From NCBI GenBank assembly GCA_902799715.1, contig CADCBS010000001.1:1-58538 (forward strand): 58,538 nucleotides of DNA. Direction: 5' to 3'. The notes beneath the pieces are model-generated. The model had not been told where the DNA came from and did no database searches. It saw only the letters and a list, made by a program, of their open reading frames with translations. The position numbers were made by a program, and so were the translations under genes. Shown here piece by piece: positions 44,820 to 52,962 of this stretch. Each line of letters starts with the position of its first letter. Position 1 is the stretch's first letter. The stretch is from an uncultured bacterium (GTDB taxonomy: Bacteria > Verrucomicrobiota > Kiritimatiellia > RFP12 > UBA1067).

Positions 44820-46073
44820 ATGGGAACGGATCGCAGACGGCCGGAGATACTCGCGCCGGCCGGGAACATGACGTGCCTGCAGGCGGCGATCGACGCGGGT
44901 GCGGACGCGGCGTATCTCGGCCTCGGGAAATTCAACATGCGCGCGCGCTCGTCCGTGAATTTCTCCCCGGAGGAGCTCCCGGAAGCCGCCGCGCGCGCGC
45001 ACGCCGCAGGCGTGAAACTGTATCTCACGCTCAATTCGATAATCTTCGAGAGCGAGCTGGACGCGATGCGCGGGACGATCGCCGCCGCCGCGCCGCACGT
45101 GGATGCGTTCATCGTTTCGGATCTCGCAGCCATGGACGCGTGCCGCGCCGCCGGCGCGGCGTTCCACGTCTCCACGCAGATGTCGTGCTCTAACTCCGTA
45201 GCGGCGCGCGCGCTGAAGGCGATGGGCGCTTCGCGCGTGGTCCTGGCGCGCGAATGCACGCTCGCCGAGGCCGCCGCGATAGCCCGCGATTCCGGAATCG
45301 AAATCGAGACTTTCGTGCACGGCGCGCAATGCGTTGCGGAGTCGGGACGGTGCTTCATGTCGCACGAGGCGTACGGCAAATCGGCCAACCGCGGGGAATG
45401 CCGCCAGCCGTGCAGGCGGCAGTTCCTCGTGCGCGCCGTGGACAGGTGGGGAAGGCCGGGCGCGGCCGACGCGTCGCGCGACGCCCCGCCGGAGTTCATA
45501 GTCGGGCCGCACACCGTCCTTTCGGCAAAGGACCTCTGCTCGCTCCCCTTCGTCGACAGGCTGGTCAACGCCGGAATCGCCTCGTTCAAGATCGAGGGAC
45601 GCGCGCGGAACCCGGAATACGTGCGCGAAACGGTGTCGGCCTACCGCGAGGCGGCGGACGCCGCCGTGGCGGGGACTTTCACCAGGGAGCTGGCGGACAG
45701 GCTGGTGGAGCGCGTGTCGCGCGTCTTCCACAGGGAGTTCTCGACCGGGCTCTTCTTCGGCAGGCCTGGGACGGACCAGTTCACGGACAAGGAAGACAGC
45801 GTGGCCTGCACGGTGAAGCGGCATTGCGGAATCGTGACCGACTACTTCGCCAAGGCCGGCATGGCGCAGGTGCAGGTGCAGGACGCGCCGATAGCCTGCG
45901 GCGACCTGATCCAGATACACGGAAGCTCCACCGGTGTGGTGGAGCTTAGGGTGCCCGGGATGCGGCGCGACGGCGAAACGCCGGCCGTCGCGGAAAAAGG
46001 CACGTGGGTGACGTTCGCGTGCCCGCGCGTCAGGCGCGGAGACAAGGTCTTCCGCATCGACGCGCGGGGCTGA
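44820..46073 (+). CDS. Peptidase U32-family protein
   Basis: PEILAPAGN...AIDAGADAAYLGL..FNMRA...LARECTL.EA...ETFVHGAQCVAESGRCFMS...C.QPCR pattern. Confidence 0.9.
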   Translation: MGTDRRRPEILAPAGNMTCLQAAIDAGADAAYLGLGKFNMRARSSVNFSPEELPEAAARAHAAGVKLYLTLNSIIFESELDAMRGTIAAAAPHVDAFIVSDLAAMDACRAAGAAFHVSTQMSCSNSVAARALKAMGASRVVLARECTLAEAAAIARDSGIEIETFVHGAQCVAESGRCFMSHEAYGKSANRGECRQPCRRQFLVRAVDRWGRPGAADASRDAPPEFIVGPHTVLSAKDLCSLPFVDRLVNAGIASFKIEGRARNPEYVRETVSAYREAADAAVAGTFTRELADRLVERVSRVFHREFSTGLFFGRPGTDQFTDKEDSVACTVKRHCGIVTDYFAKAGMAQVQVQDAPIACGDLIQIHGSSTGVVELRVPGMRRDGETPAVAEKGTWVTFACPRVRRGDKVFRIDARG

Positions 46074-46079
46074 AGGGCC

Positions 46080-47159
46080 TCAGCCGATCTTCGCGATCTT
46101 CCCGCTCTGGATCGACTCGTAGCAGCCGAGCATCGCCTGGATGGTCTCGCGGTGCCATTTGAGGTTGATGAGCGGGGTCTTGCGTTCGCGTATGCAGGCC
46201 ACGAACTCGTCGATAAGCCCGATCCACTCGTCGAAGTACGTGTACTGCACGGTGTAGCGGTCGTTCGGCGCGCCGTTGTGGTAGACGTTCGGGCCGAAGC
46301 AGTCGCAGCTGATCATGCCCTTGTCGCCCGTGATCGTGACGTTCACCTCCATGCGCTTGGGGAAGCGCTCCCAGCCGGGGCCGGGAACCTTCAGCTTCTC
46401 CTCGAGGCGGCTCCACGAGGGGTCGAAGAGGAACGCCGTGCCGTCCTTCATCTTGCCGACGGCCATGAGCATGTCCTCGACCTTCAGCCCGTCGCGCAGG
46501 TTCGGCGCGACCTCGGCGTAGATGTAGTCGAAGTCCGAACCGGTCAGGTGCCGCACGAGGTCGAAGATGTGCGGATGGTCGCAGAGCGCGCCGCCGCGGA
46601 AGCGCGGATCGCCCTTCTTGAGCGGCACCACGCTGCCGAAACTCGCCTTGGGATCGCCCTGCCACGGGAAAGCCCACACCGGCGACAGTGTGATGTTGGT
46701 CATCTGCACGGCCTTGATCCTGCCCACGGCGCCTTCCTTCACGAGCTTTTCGAGACGGCGCACCACGGAGTTGTAGTGCATCTCGAGTTCGATCTGGCAT
46801 ACGATCCCCGCCTTCTCGCACATCTCGACCATCTCGTCGTATTCCTTCATGTCGAAGGTGGGTATCTTCATCGACAGGATGTGGATGCCCCTTTCGGCGC
46901 ACCATTTCATCTGCCCGAAGTGGCGGTCGTTCGCGGAAGCGATCACCACGGCCTCGATGTCGGGGTGCTTGCGGTACATCTCGTCCGGGTCGAGGTAGCA
47001 CGGCACGCCGGTCTTGTAGAGTTCGTAGACCTTTTTAGACTCCTCGTCCTGCGCGCACGACGCCACCCAGTCGAGCTTTTCGTTGTCGAGAAGCGTCTGG
47101 TAGTATTTGCGGGTGTGGCCGTGGGTCATGCCCATCATTGCGATCTTCACCGGTTTCAT
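46080..47159 (-). CDS. Gfo/Idh/MocA-family oxidoreductase
   Basis: MKPVKIAMMGMTHGHT...PDIEAVVIASANDRHF...GIHILSMKIP. ATG 47159 shares one nt with the upstream stop. The rest of track ORF 46080..47945 is spurious. Confidence 0.9.
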   Translation of the reverse strand: MKPVKIAMMGMTHGHTRKYYQTLLDNEKLDWVASCAQDEESKKVYELYKTGVPCYLDPDEMYRKHPDIEAVVIASANDRHFGQMKWCAERGIHILSMKIPTFDMKEYDEMVEMCEKAGIVCQIELEMHYNSVVRRLEKLVKEGAVGRIKAVQMTNITLSPVWAFPWQGDPKASFGSVVPLKKGDPRFRGGALCDHPHIFDLVRHLTGSDFDYIYAEVAPNLRDGLKVEDMLMAVGKMKDGTAFLFDPSWSRLEEKLKVPGPGWERFPKRMEVNVTITGDKGMISCDCFGPNVYHNGAPNDRYTVQYTYFDEWIGLIDEFVACIRERKTPLINLKWHRETIQAMLGCYESIQSGKIAKIG

Positions 47160-47911
47160 CAGCGCACCTCCGATGTCTTGATGGCTTCGTTCGTGTCCAA
47201 TCCGCATTTGACGGCGATGGTCCTGGCGGCTTTCGCCCTGTCGGCGGCGAACGCGAGCGCGGCGGCCTTCTCCGCCTTTGCCCACGCGGCCTTCCACACC
47301 TTCGCCGAAGCGCGGCCCTGCAGGAGCGCGAACGCGGCGCGGACGTTCCACACCTCTTCGTACGTCATTCCGAAGAGCTCGGTGTCGACGTCGGTGAACT
47401 CTTCCACGCCGTCGGCGTTCGACACGCGGATCGAGGCGTGCGGCGTGTGCGTGTCGACCGTCTGGTCGCAGGCTACGCCGCGCTTCGCGATTATCTCGTG
47501 GCGGTCGTAGGCGGCCGCGCCTTTCGGCAGTCCGGCGCCGGCCTCGACGGAGACGTTCACGTCGTTTGCGAGTTTCGCCAGGACGTTTATCGCGTTTCCG
47601 TTCGCGACGGCCATGACGCGCACCACGTCGGACGCGCCGAGGTACGCCGCGAGGTCGAGTTCCTTGGCGAGCATGGCTTCGAGGTCGGCCCCCTTGGGCG
47701 CGAACGACGCGAAGCGGAGCGTCGAAACGCCCTCGAGCGTTCCGTTCTCCGTCATTTTTTTCAGTTCCACGATCTTGCGCTCCATGCGCCCCGGCAGGAG
47801 CGGCGTGGATCCGACGAAGCAGTGTCCGTCTCTGACCGTGATTTCGCCCGCCTTCGCGCCGTATTTGCCGCGCAGGAAGTCGAGCCCCTTGTTCATTTTC
47901 TTCAGGTTCAT
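47159..47911 (-). CDS. Hypothetical protein (possible Gfo/Idh/MocA C-terminal-domain-like partner)
   Basis: 250 aa. GGAGG SD sits 5 nt upstream of ATG 47911. No motif I can name with confidence. Confidence 0.65.
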   Translation of the reverse strand: MNLKKMNKGLDFLRGKYGAKAGEITVRDGHCFVGSTPLLPGRMERKIVELKKMTENGTLEGVSTLRFASFAPKGADLEAMLAKELDLAAYLGASDVVRVMAVANGNAINVLAKLANDVNVSVEAGAGLPKGAAAYDRHEIIAKRGVACDQTVDTHTPHASIRVSNADGVEEFTDVDTELFGMTYEEVWNVRAAFALLQGRASAKVWKAAWAKAEKAAALAFAADRAKAARTIAVKCGLDTNEAIKTSEVR

Positions 47912-47952
47912 CTGTTCCTCCGTTTTGCGCCGCCTGCGTTTGCATGCGGCTC

Positions 47953-49497
47953 TCAATTATCGATCCACCAGTCCGGCGGAATCTGGTAGTCCATGTACCC
48001 CGTGTCGCGGTAGTCCGTCACCTTCATGTCATGGCCGACAAGGCGCAGCGAACGCTGGAATGAGACGCCGTGCGACACGGGCGAACCCCATGCGGCGTGT
48101 GCGGCGCTCATGTACATCTTCTCCCATTCATGGCCGCGCAGGTGGTGCCAGGTGGTTTCGACGATGCCGAACCCGCCGATCCCGGCGATGTAGTCGGCCA
48201 TGGGCTTCATGGTGTTGAAGTTGAGCCACGGGCATCCAGCCACGGAGAATCCCTTGTCGTGGAAATACTTCATCGTGGGCCAGTCCTTGCGCGACTCTTT
48301 CATGTTGCCGTAGGAATACTGCCAATCGCAGATAACGATGTCCCTGGAAAGCCCGTCGAGGATGGACTGGGCGTCCTTGCCGCCGAACTTGACGAATCCG
48401 GCCCAGCGGCGGTCGGACTTGTCCAGCAGCATGTCATGCCACATCATCGGACGCGCACCGCGCGATTTCACGAACTCCGCGAGGCCGTTGAAATGCCTGA
48501 CCGCCAGTTCGGCGTGCGGCGTCTTCACGCACTCGGGGCACGTCTGGGCGCCGAACGCCTCGTCGCACCCGATGTGGAAGTACGGCGGGTTGCCGAAGTC
48601 CTCGTGTATCTCGGCGATCAGCTCGCGCAGCACGCGCTGCGTCTCCGGATTGGATATGCACCAGCTCCATCCATCCAGATACGAGGCGCTGGAGGCAGGC
48701 GCGAGGGGCGCCGGCTCGAAAAGCGGCTCGTACTCTGGATGCATGTCGAGCACGCTGTGCTTTATCGTGCAGCCGCGCGAGGAGGAAGCGTGCCCGTAGC
48801 AGTTGATCTGCGGAACGAGCGTTATGCCGAGATCCTTGCCGATCGCGACGAGACGCTTCACCTCGCTCTTGGTGAGATATGCGTCAGGCCAGCACCACCA
48901 CGGATGCTTTTCGCTTTTGTACATCCCCCACGGCTCGATGATCGCGTAGTTGAACTTCAGCAGCGCCGCCAGGCGGATGGCCCGCTCGATCTGCTGTATC
49001 CTCGTTTCGGGGAAGCAGCACAGGTGGACGGCGCGGAACGCGAGGTGCGGACGGTCCTTGATCGAAAGCTTCGGCAGGATCCGGCCTTCGGTCTTGAAGG
49101 TGCCGCGCTTCGCGACCGCGAGCTGGCGGAGCGTGTACGCCGCCCAGCGCGTCCCGGCGAGCGTGTTGGCCGCGATCTTGACTCCGGTCTCGTCGGCGGT
49201 GGCGGCGTACGCTTCGTCGCCAGCCGCGGGCTTCAGCCCGGTGGCGCCGGCTTTGACCTTGGGGGAGTTCGCGCCGAACCAGGCGGCGAAATGTTCGCCG
49301 ACCCATTTCGCCGCGGCGGGGTCGGGGCATTCCACCGTCACGGAAGTCGCGGCTTCGAACGGAACGTAGACCTTGGCGTCCCAGGTGTAGGTCTGGTACG
49401 GATTCGATGGGTCGGCGGATTTCGCGACCGAGGTGGCCGGCGCGGCGGCCGCCGTCATGGAGGCAAGGCACAAGGCCAGGACGAGTTGACGTTTCAT
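47953..49497 (-). CDS. GH20-like beta-N-acetylhexosaminidase (secreted)
   Basis: Signal peptide. IKDRPHLAFRAVHLCC...NYAIIEPWG...VPQINCYGHAS...FHIGCDEA resembles a GH20 catalytic barrel. Confidence 0.8.
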   Translation of the reverse strand: MKRQLVLALCLASMTAAAAPATSVAKSADPSNPYQTYTWDAKVYVPFEAATSVTVECPDPAAAKWVGEHFAAWFGANSPKVKAGATGLKPAAGDEAYAATADETGVKIAANTLAGTRWAAYTLRQLAVAKRGTFKTEGRILPKLSIKDRPHLAFRAVHLCCFPETRIQQIERAIRLAALLKFNYAIIEPWGMYKSEKHPWWCWPDAYLTKSEVKRLVAIGKDLGITLVPQINCYGHASSSRGCTIKHSVLDMHPEYEPLFEPAPLAPASSASYLDGWSWCISNPETQRVLRELIAEIHEDFGNPPYFHIGCDEAFGAQTCPECVKTPHAELAVRHFNGLAEFVKSRGARPMMWHDMLLDKSDRRWAGFVKFGGKDAQSILDGLSRDIVICDWQYSYGNMKESRKDWPTMKYFHDKGFSVAGCPWLNFNTMKPMADYIAGIGGFGIVETTWHHLRGHEWEKMYMSAAHAAWGSPVSHGVSFQRSLRLVGHDMKVTDYRDTGYMDYQIPPDWWIDN

Positions 49498-49570
49498 GTC
49501 GGTTGTTCGCTGTTGGTTGTCGGTTGTTTGCGGTTGCCGTTTCGGGGAACCCGGTTTTGCGGATTTTCCC

Positions 49571-50323
49571 CTACAGACACTTGACGAGGGGTTTGTACTT
49601 CGCGAGATAGGCGGCGTTCTTTTCGTCGCCGCCGGGCGCGTTGGCGGAATTCCACACAGGCGGCACGATGCCGCGCTCGACGCACTGGCGGCAGGTTTCT
49701 ATTTCGAGAAGGTGCGCGATGGTGAAGTCCACGACGTTCGAGACGGGCCCGATGGGCGTGGTCATGCCGGGCACGTTGACCACCGCATCGCCCACGGGGT
49801 TGTAGTCGTCTATGCACACGTCGGCGTAGTCGAACAGGTTCTTTCCGTTCGGGTGGCGGATGAAGTGGTCTTTCGGCATCTCGTTCTGCCAGTACGAGGA
49901 TGCGACGGCGATGATCTTCGCGCCGCGCTTCCTGCACTCCTCCGCCGCGTCGATCGTGGCGGGGTTTATGCCGATGTTGTGGAAGAAGAGGACGACGTCG
50001 CCTTCCTTTATGCCGTAGTACTTGATTATCGAAGCGCCGAAGTTCACCGTGCGCTCCAGCTCCAGGTATTTCAGCGCCTGGTTGAAAACCGATAGCGCCG
50101 TCTCCATGAGCGGATTGATGTTCGCGAGCCCGCCCGCGCGGAAGAACATCTCGCCCATGGCGAGCGTCGTGTGCCCGCCGCCGGCGTAGACGTTTATGAG
50201 CTTGTCTTGCGCGATGGCGTCCGCCATCAGCGAAGCGGCGGCCTTGATGTTGGCCTCCTGCTTTTCCGCGACCTCCCTTATGTTGGCGATCGCCTTGTCT
50301 ATGTATCCGTAGTCGTTCAGCAT
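49571..50323 (-). CDS. SIS-domain protein (UPF0309-like), paralogue 1
   Basis: LINVYAGGGHTTLAMGEMFFRAGGLANINP...GDVVLFFHNIGINPATIDAAEECRKRGAKIIAV. ATG checked at 50323. Overlaps the PfkB stop by 7 nt. Confidence 0.8.
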   Translation of the reverse strand: MLNDYGYIDKAIANIREVAEKQEANIKAAASLMADAIAQDKLINVYAGGGHTTLAMGEMFFRAGGLANINPLMETALSVFNQALKYLELERTVNFGASIIKYYGIKEGDVVLFFHNIGINPATIDAAEECRKRGAKIIAVASSYWQNEMPKDHFIRHPNGKNLFDYADVCIDDYNPVGDAVVNVPGMTTPIGPVSNVVDFTIAHLLEIETCRQCVERGIVPPVWNSANAPGGDEKNAAYLAKYKPLVKCL

Positions 50324-51186
50324 CGACTGTTCTCCTTCTTGTCTGGAAACCGGTATGGGATCGAGGGCAGCACGCAACGCGTCTCCACGGACTGCGCGGC
50401 CGCCGCGTTGGCGGCGGCGCACGCTTCGCGGAGCGGCGCGCCCTCCGCGAGACGCACGGCAAGGACGCCGTTGAAAACGTCGCCCGCGCCGGTGGAATCG
50501 ACCGCCCGCGCGGGCGGCGCCGGAACGGTTTCGCCCGTCGAGCGGATGCGGCACCCTTTGGCGCCGAGCGTGACGACGACCTCGCCAGGCACGTCGCCGA
50601 GGGCCGCCTCTTCAAACTCGTTGGGCGTCCAAAGAAACACGCGCCTCTTCAGCGCCTCCGGCACCGGACGCGACGGCGCAGGATTGAAAATGACCTTCAC
50701 TCCGTTCGCTTCGGCGATCTCGGATGCGCGGAGATTCACTTCCTCCGGAACCTCGTTGTTCAGGAGAAGGACGTCTGCTGCGGCGATTTTGTCCTTGAAA
50801 CCGCAGTCGACGTCCGCTTCGTCCAGTTCCGCGCCGCGCGCCACCGTCACGCGCGTCTCGCCCGAACCATCCGTCAGAATCGCCGCGCACGCTGTCGGCA
50901 GGACAGACGGATCGGAATAGTAGACAACGGGCGCAATGCCCTCTTTCTCGCAGAAGGCACTCACGGCACATGAATCGGCCTCGTTGCCGACCTTGCCCAG
51001 AAAAGAGACCTTCGCGCCCTGCCGCGCCGCCGCGACGGCCTGGTTGAACCCCTTGCCGCCCCACTCCTCGTAAAACTCAGTCGCGTGGACCGTCTCCCCG
51101 CCCGCGTGGAAATGCGGCACGCTGAAGAACATCGACCGCCCGATGAGACCGATGACCGCAATTCTGCATGGCTTTTCTCTTTTCAT
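50317..51186 (-). CDS. PfkB-family sugar kinase (ribokinase-like)
   Basis: GGKGFNQAVAAARQGA near the N-terminus. C-terminal DSTGAGDVFNGVLA anion-hole/ATP motif. Confidence 0.85.
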   Translation of the reverse strand: MKREKPCRIAVIGLIGRSMFFSVPHFHAGGETVHATEFYEEWGGKGFNQAVAAARQGAKVSFLGKVGNEADSCAVSAFCEKEGIAPVVYYSDPSVLPTACAAILTDGSGETRVTVARGAELDEADVDCGFKDKIAAADVLLLNNEVPEEVNLRASEIAEANGVKVIFNPAPSRPVPEALKRRVFLWTPNEFEEAALGDVPGEVVVTLGAKGCRIRSTGETVPAPPARAVDSTGAGDVFNGVLAVRLAEGAPLREACAAANAAAAQSVETRCVLPSIPYRFPDKKENSRC

Positions 51187-51219
51187 TCCTCTGTGTCTCT
51201 GTGCCTCTGTGATAAAACC

Positions 51220-51921
51220 TTAAAGTCGTTTCACCCTTCCGAAGTAGCGTTTCTCCAAGGCGATGTTCCGCGCCGTGCCGCCTTCCACGTTGCCGCTTGC
51301 GTAGATTGGCGGCGTCACGCCCCGCGCGAGCGCCTTCTTCGCGCCGTCTATGAGGATGGAGTTCAGGATGAACAGCGAAGCGTAGGTGGAAAGACCGCCC
51401 ATTTTCGCTTCGCCGACTTCTATCACGGCGTCGCCGTGGGGCACCTTGCAGTCCACCGGGATGTCGGCTTCGGCCAGGAGCACGCCGCCGTGCGCGGTGT
51501 ATGCCGAAGACGATATGGCGAGCGTTTTCACGCCCGCCGCCTTGGCGGCGCGCAGCATCTCCACGGGCGCGGCGTTCTTGCCGCTGGCGGAAATGACGGC
51601 GAAGAGGTCGCCCGCCTTCACCTCGTGGCGGCGGAACACCTCCTTTGCGATTCCCGGCATTTTCTCCATGCGGCTGGACTTCGCCGCGCCGCCGTGCAGC
51701 ATGAGATCCTCGTCCAGGACCGGCGACACGCAGGCCAGCCCGCCGGCGCGGTAAAACGTGTCGAGCGCCGCGAGGTGCGAATGGCCGCATCCGAACACGT
51801 GCACGAGGGCGTCGCGGCAGATGACGTCCGCCACGGCGTCGGAGGCGCGGTCCATCGCAGGGGCCTCCTCCGCCTCTATCCGGCGGAGGAGCGCCGTTAT
51901 CCTGTCGAGATACTCGGTCAT
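51220..51921 (-). CDS. SIS-domain protein (UPF0309-like), paralogue 2
   Basis: LVHVFGCGHSHLAALDTFYRAGGLACVSP...GDLFAVISASGKNAAPVEMLRAAKAAGVKTLAI. Collinear with the 49571-50323 protein. Confidence 0.8.
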   Translation of the reverse strand: MTEYLDRITALLRRIEAEEAPAMDRASDAVADVICRDALVHVFGCGHSHLAALDTFYRAGGLACVSPVLDEDLMLHGGAAKSSRMEKMPGIAKEVFRRHEVKAGDLFAVISASGKNAAPVEMLRAAKAAGVKTLAISSSAYTAHGGVLLAEADIPVDCKVPHGDAVIEVGEAKMGGLSTYASLFILNSILIDGAKKALARGVTPPIYASGNVEGGTARNIALEKRYFGRVKRL

Positions 51922-51933
51922 GTCATGCGGCGC

Positions 51934-52962
51934 TCAGCGGCCGAGCACCCTCTTGTAGTTGGCGCCGATCGAGTCCCAGAGCTTGAGCGCGTCGGGCGCG
52001 CCCACTACGGTTCCGTATCCGCCGCGGTACGTCCACGCCGCGAGGCGGTCGACCCCCTCCGCGACCGCGAGATCCACCCAGCGGTCGATCTGCTTCCAGT
52101 CCTTGGGCTGCTTGTAGTAGCCCATGAGCCAGCGTTCGGACTGCTTGCCGTACTTCTTCGCGATGGCGACGGTGCGCCGGACGATGTCGAGGTAGAAGTC
52201 CTCGGGGAGCGCCCAGTTCACGATGGTCGTGGAGAAGACGTCGAAGTACGGGCAGGCGCCGACCATGTCCCAGTTGTCGTAGCCGCGGAATTCGGATACG
52301 TAGTAGCCGTTCTGCGTGGCGTGGACGCAGCACGTGATCTCGAGCTTCGGGTCGATCTCCTTCAGCGCCTTGGAAGTTTCGGAGAGGACGACGAGCGCCT
52401 CGCGCCAGCGGAACTGCTTTACGTCGTTCGTCATGTAGCGCGGCATGGCGTAGCCGTAGTAGTCCTCGAAACGCTTGCGGCAGACCGGGCACCAGCACGT
52501 CCAGTCGTCCGCCACGCCGCCGGTGATGGAGGCGATCCCCTTCGGGAAGGCGTAGTGCGGCTCGTCCCAGAAGAAGCCGTCGGGCTTCGCCTCGCGCGCG
52601 AGCGTGACGCAGAAGTTCTTGAAGTAGTCGCGGTAGCTGTTCGTGTTGAAGCAGGCGTAGGGCAGCTTCTCGCCGGTGAGGGCGGAGACTTGGCGGTTCT
52701 CGACGTTGTCCTGGAGGAACTTCGACACCTGTTCGCCGCCGAAGTACTTGCCGTTGCCCCACGGGTCTATGAGGACGCGCAGCCGCAGTTCGTGCGCCTT
52801 GGCGACTATGACGGGGATATTCGGCCGCCAGAAGTCGAAGTCGAACTCGGTGACCGCGAGGATCACCTGTGTGACGCCGTGCGCCTTCATTTCCTTGAAG
52901 TCGGCCTCCGCGTGCTCGACGTAGTTGAGGCCGTAGTAGCTTATGGATGTCTGTGTTATCAT
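51934..52962 (-). CDS. Hypothetical TIM-barrel, glycoside-hydrolase-like cytoplasmic protein
   Basis: 342 aa with no signal peptide and an alternating beta/alpha pattern (GVTQVILAV, LRVLIDPWG, DGFFWDEPH). ATG overlaps the upstream stop (ATGA). Confidence 0.65.
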   Translation of the reverse strand: MITQTSISYYGLNYVEHAEADFKEMKAHGVTQVILAVTEFDFDFWRPNIPVIVAKAHELRLRVLIDPWGNGKYFGGEQVSKFLQDNVENRQVSALTGEKLPYACFNTNSYRDYFKNFCVTLAREAKPDGFFWDEPHYAFPKGIASITGGVADDWTCWCPVCRKRFEDYYGYAMPRYMTNDVKQFRWREALVVLSETSKALKEIDPKLEITCCVHATQNGYYVSEFRGYDNWDMVGACPYFDVFSTTIVNWALPEDFYLDIVRRTVAIAKKYGKQSERWLMGYYKQPKDWKQIDRWVDLAVAEGVDRLAAWTYRGGYGTVVGAPDALKLWDSIGANYKRVLGR

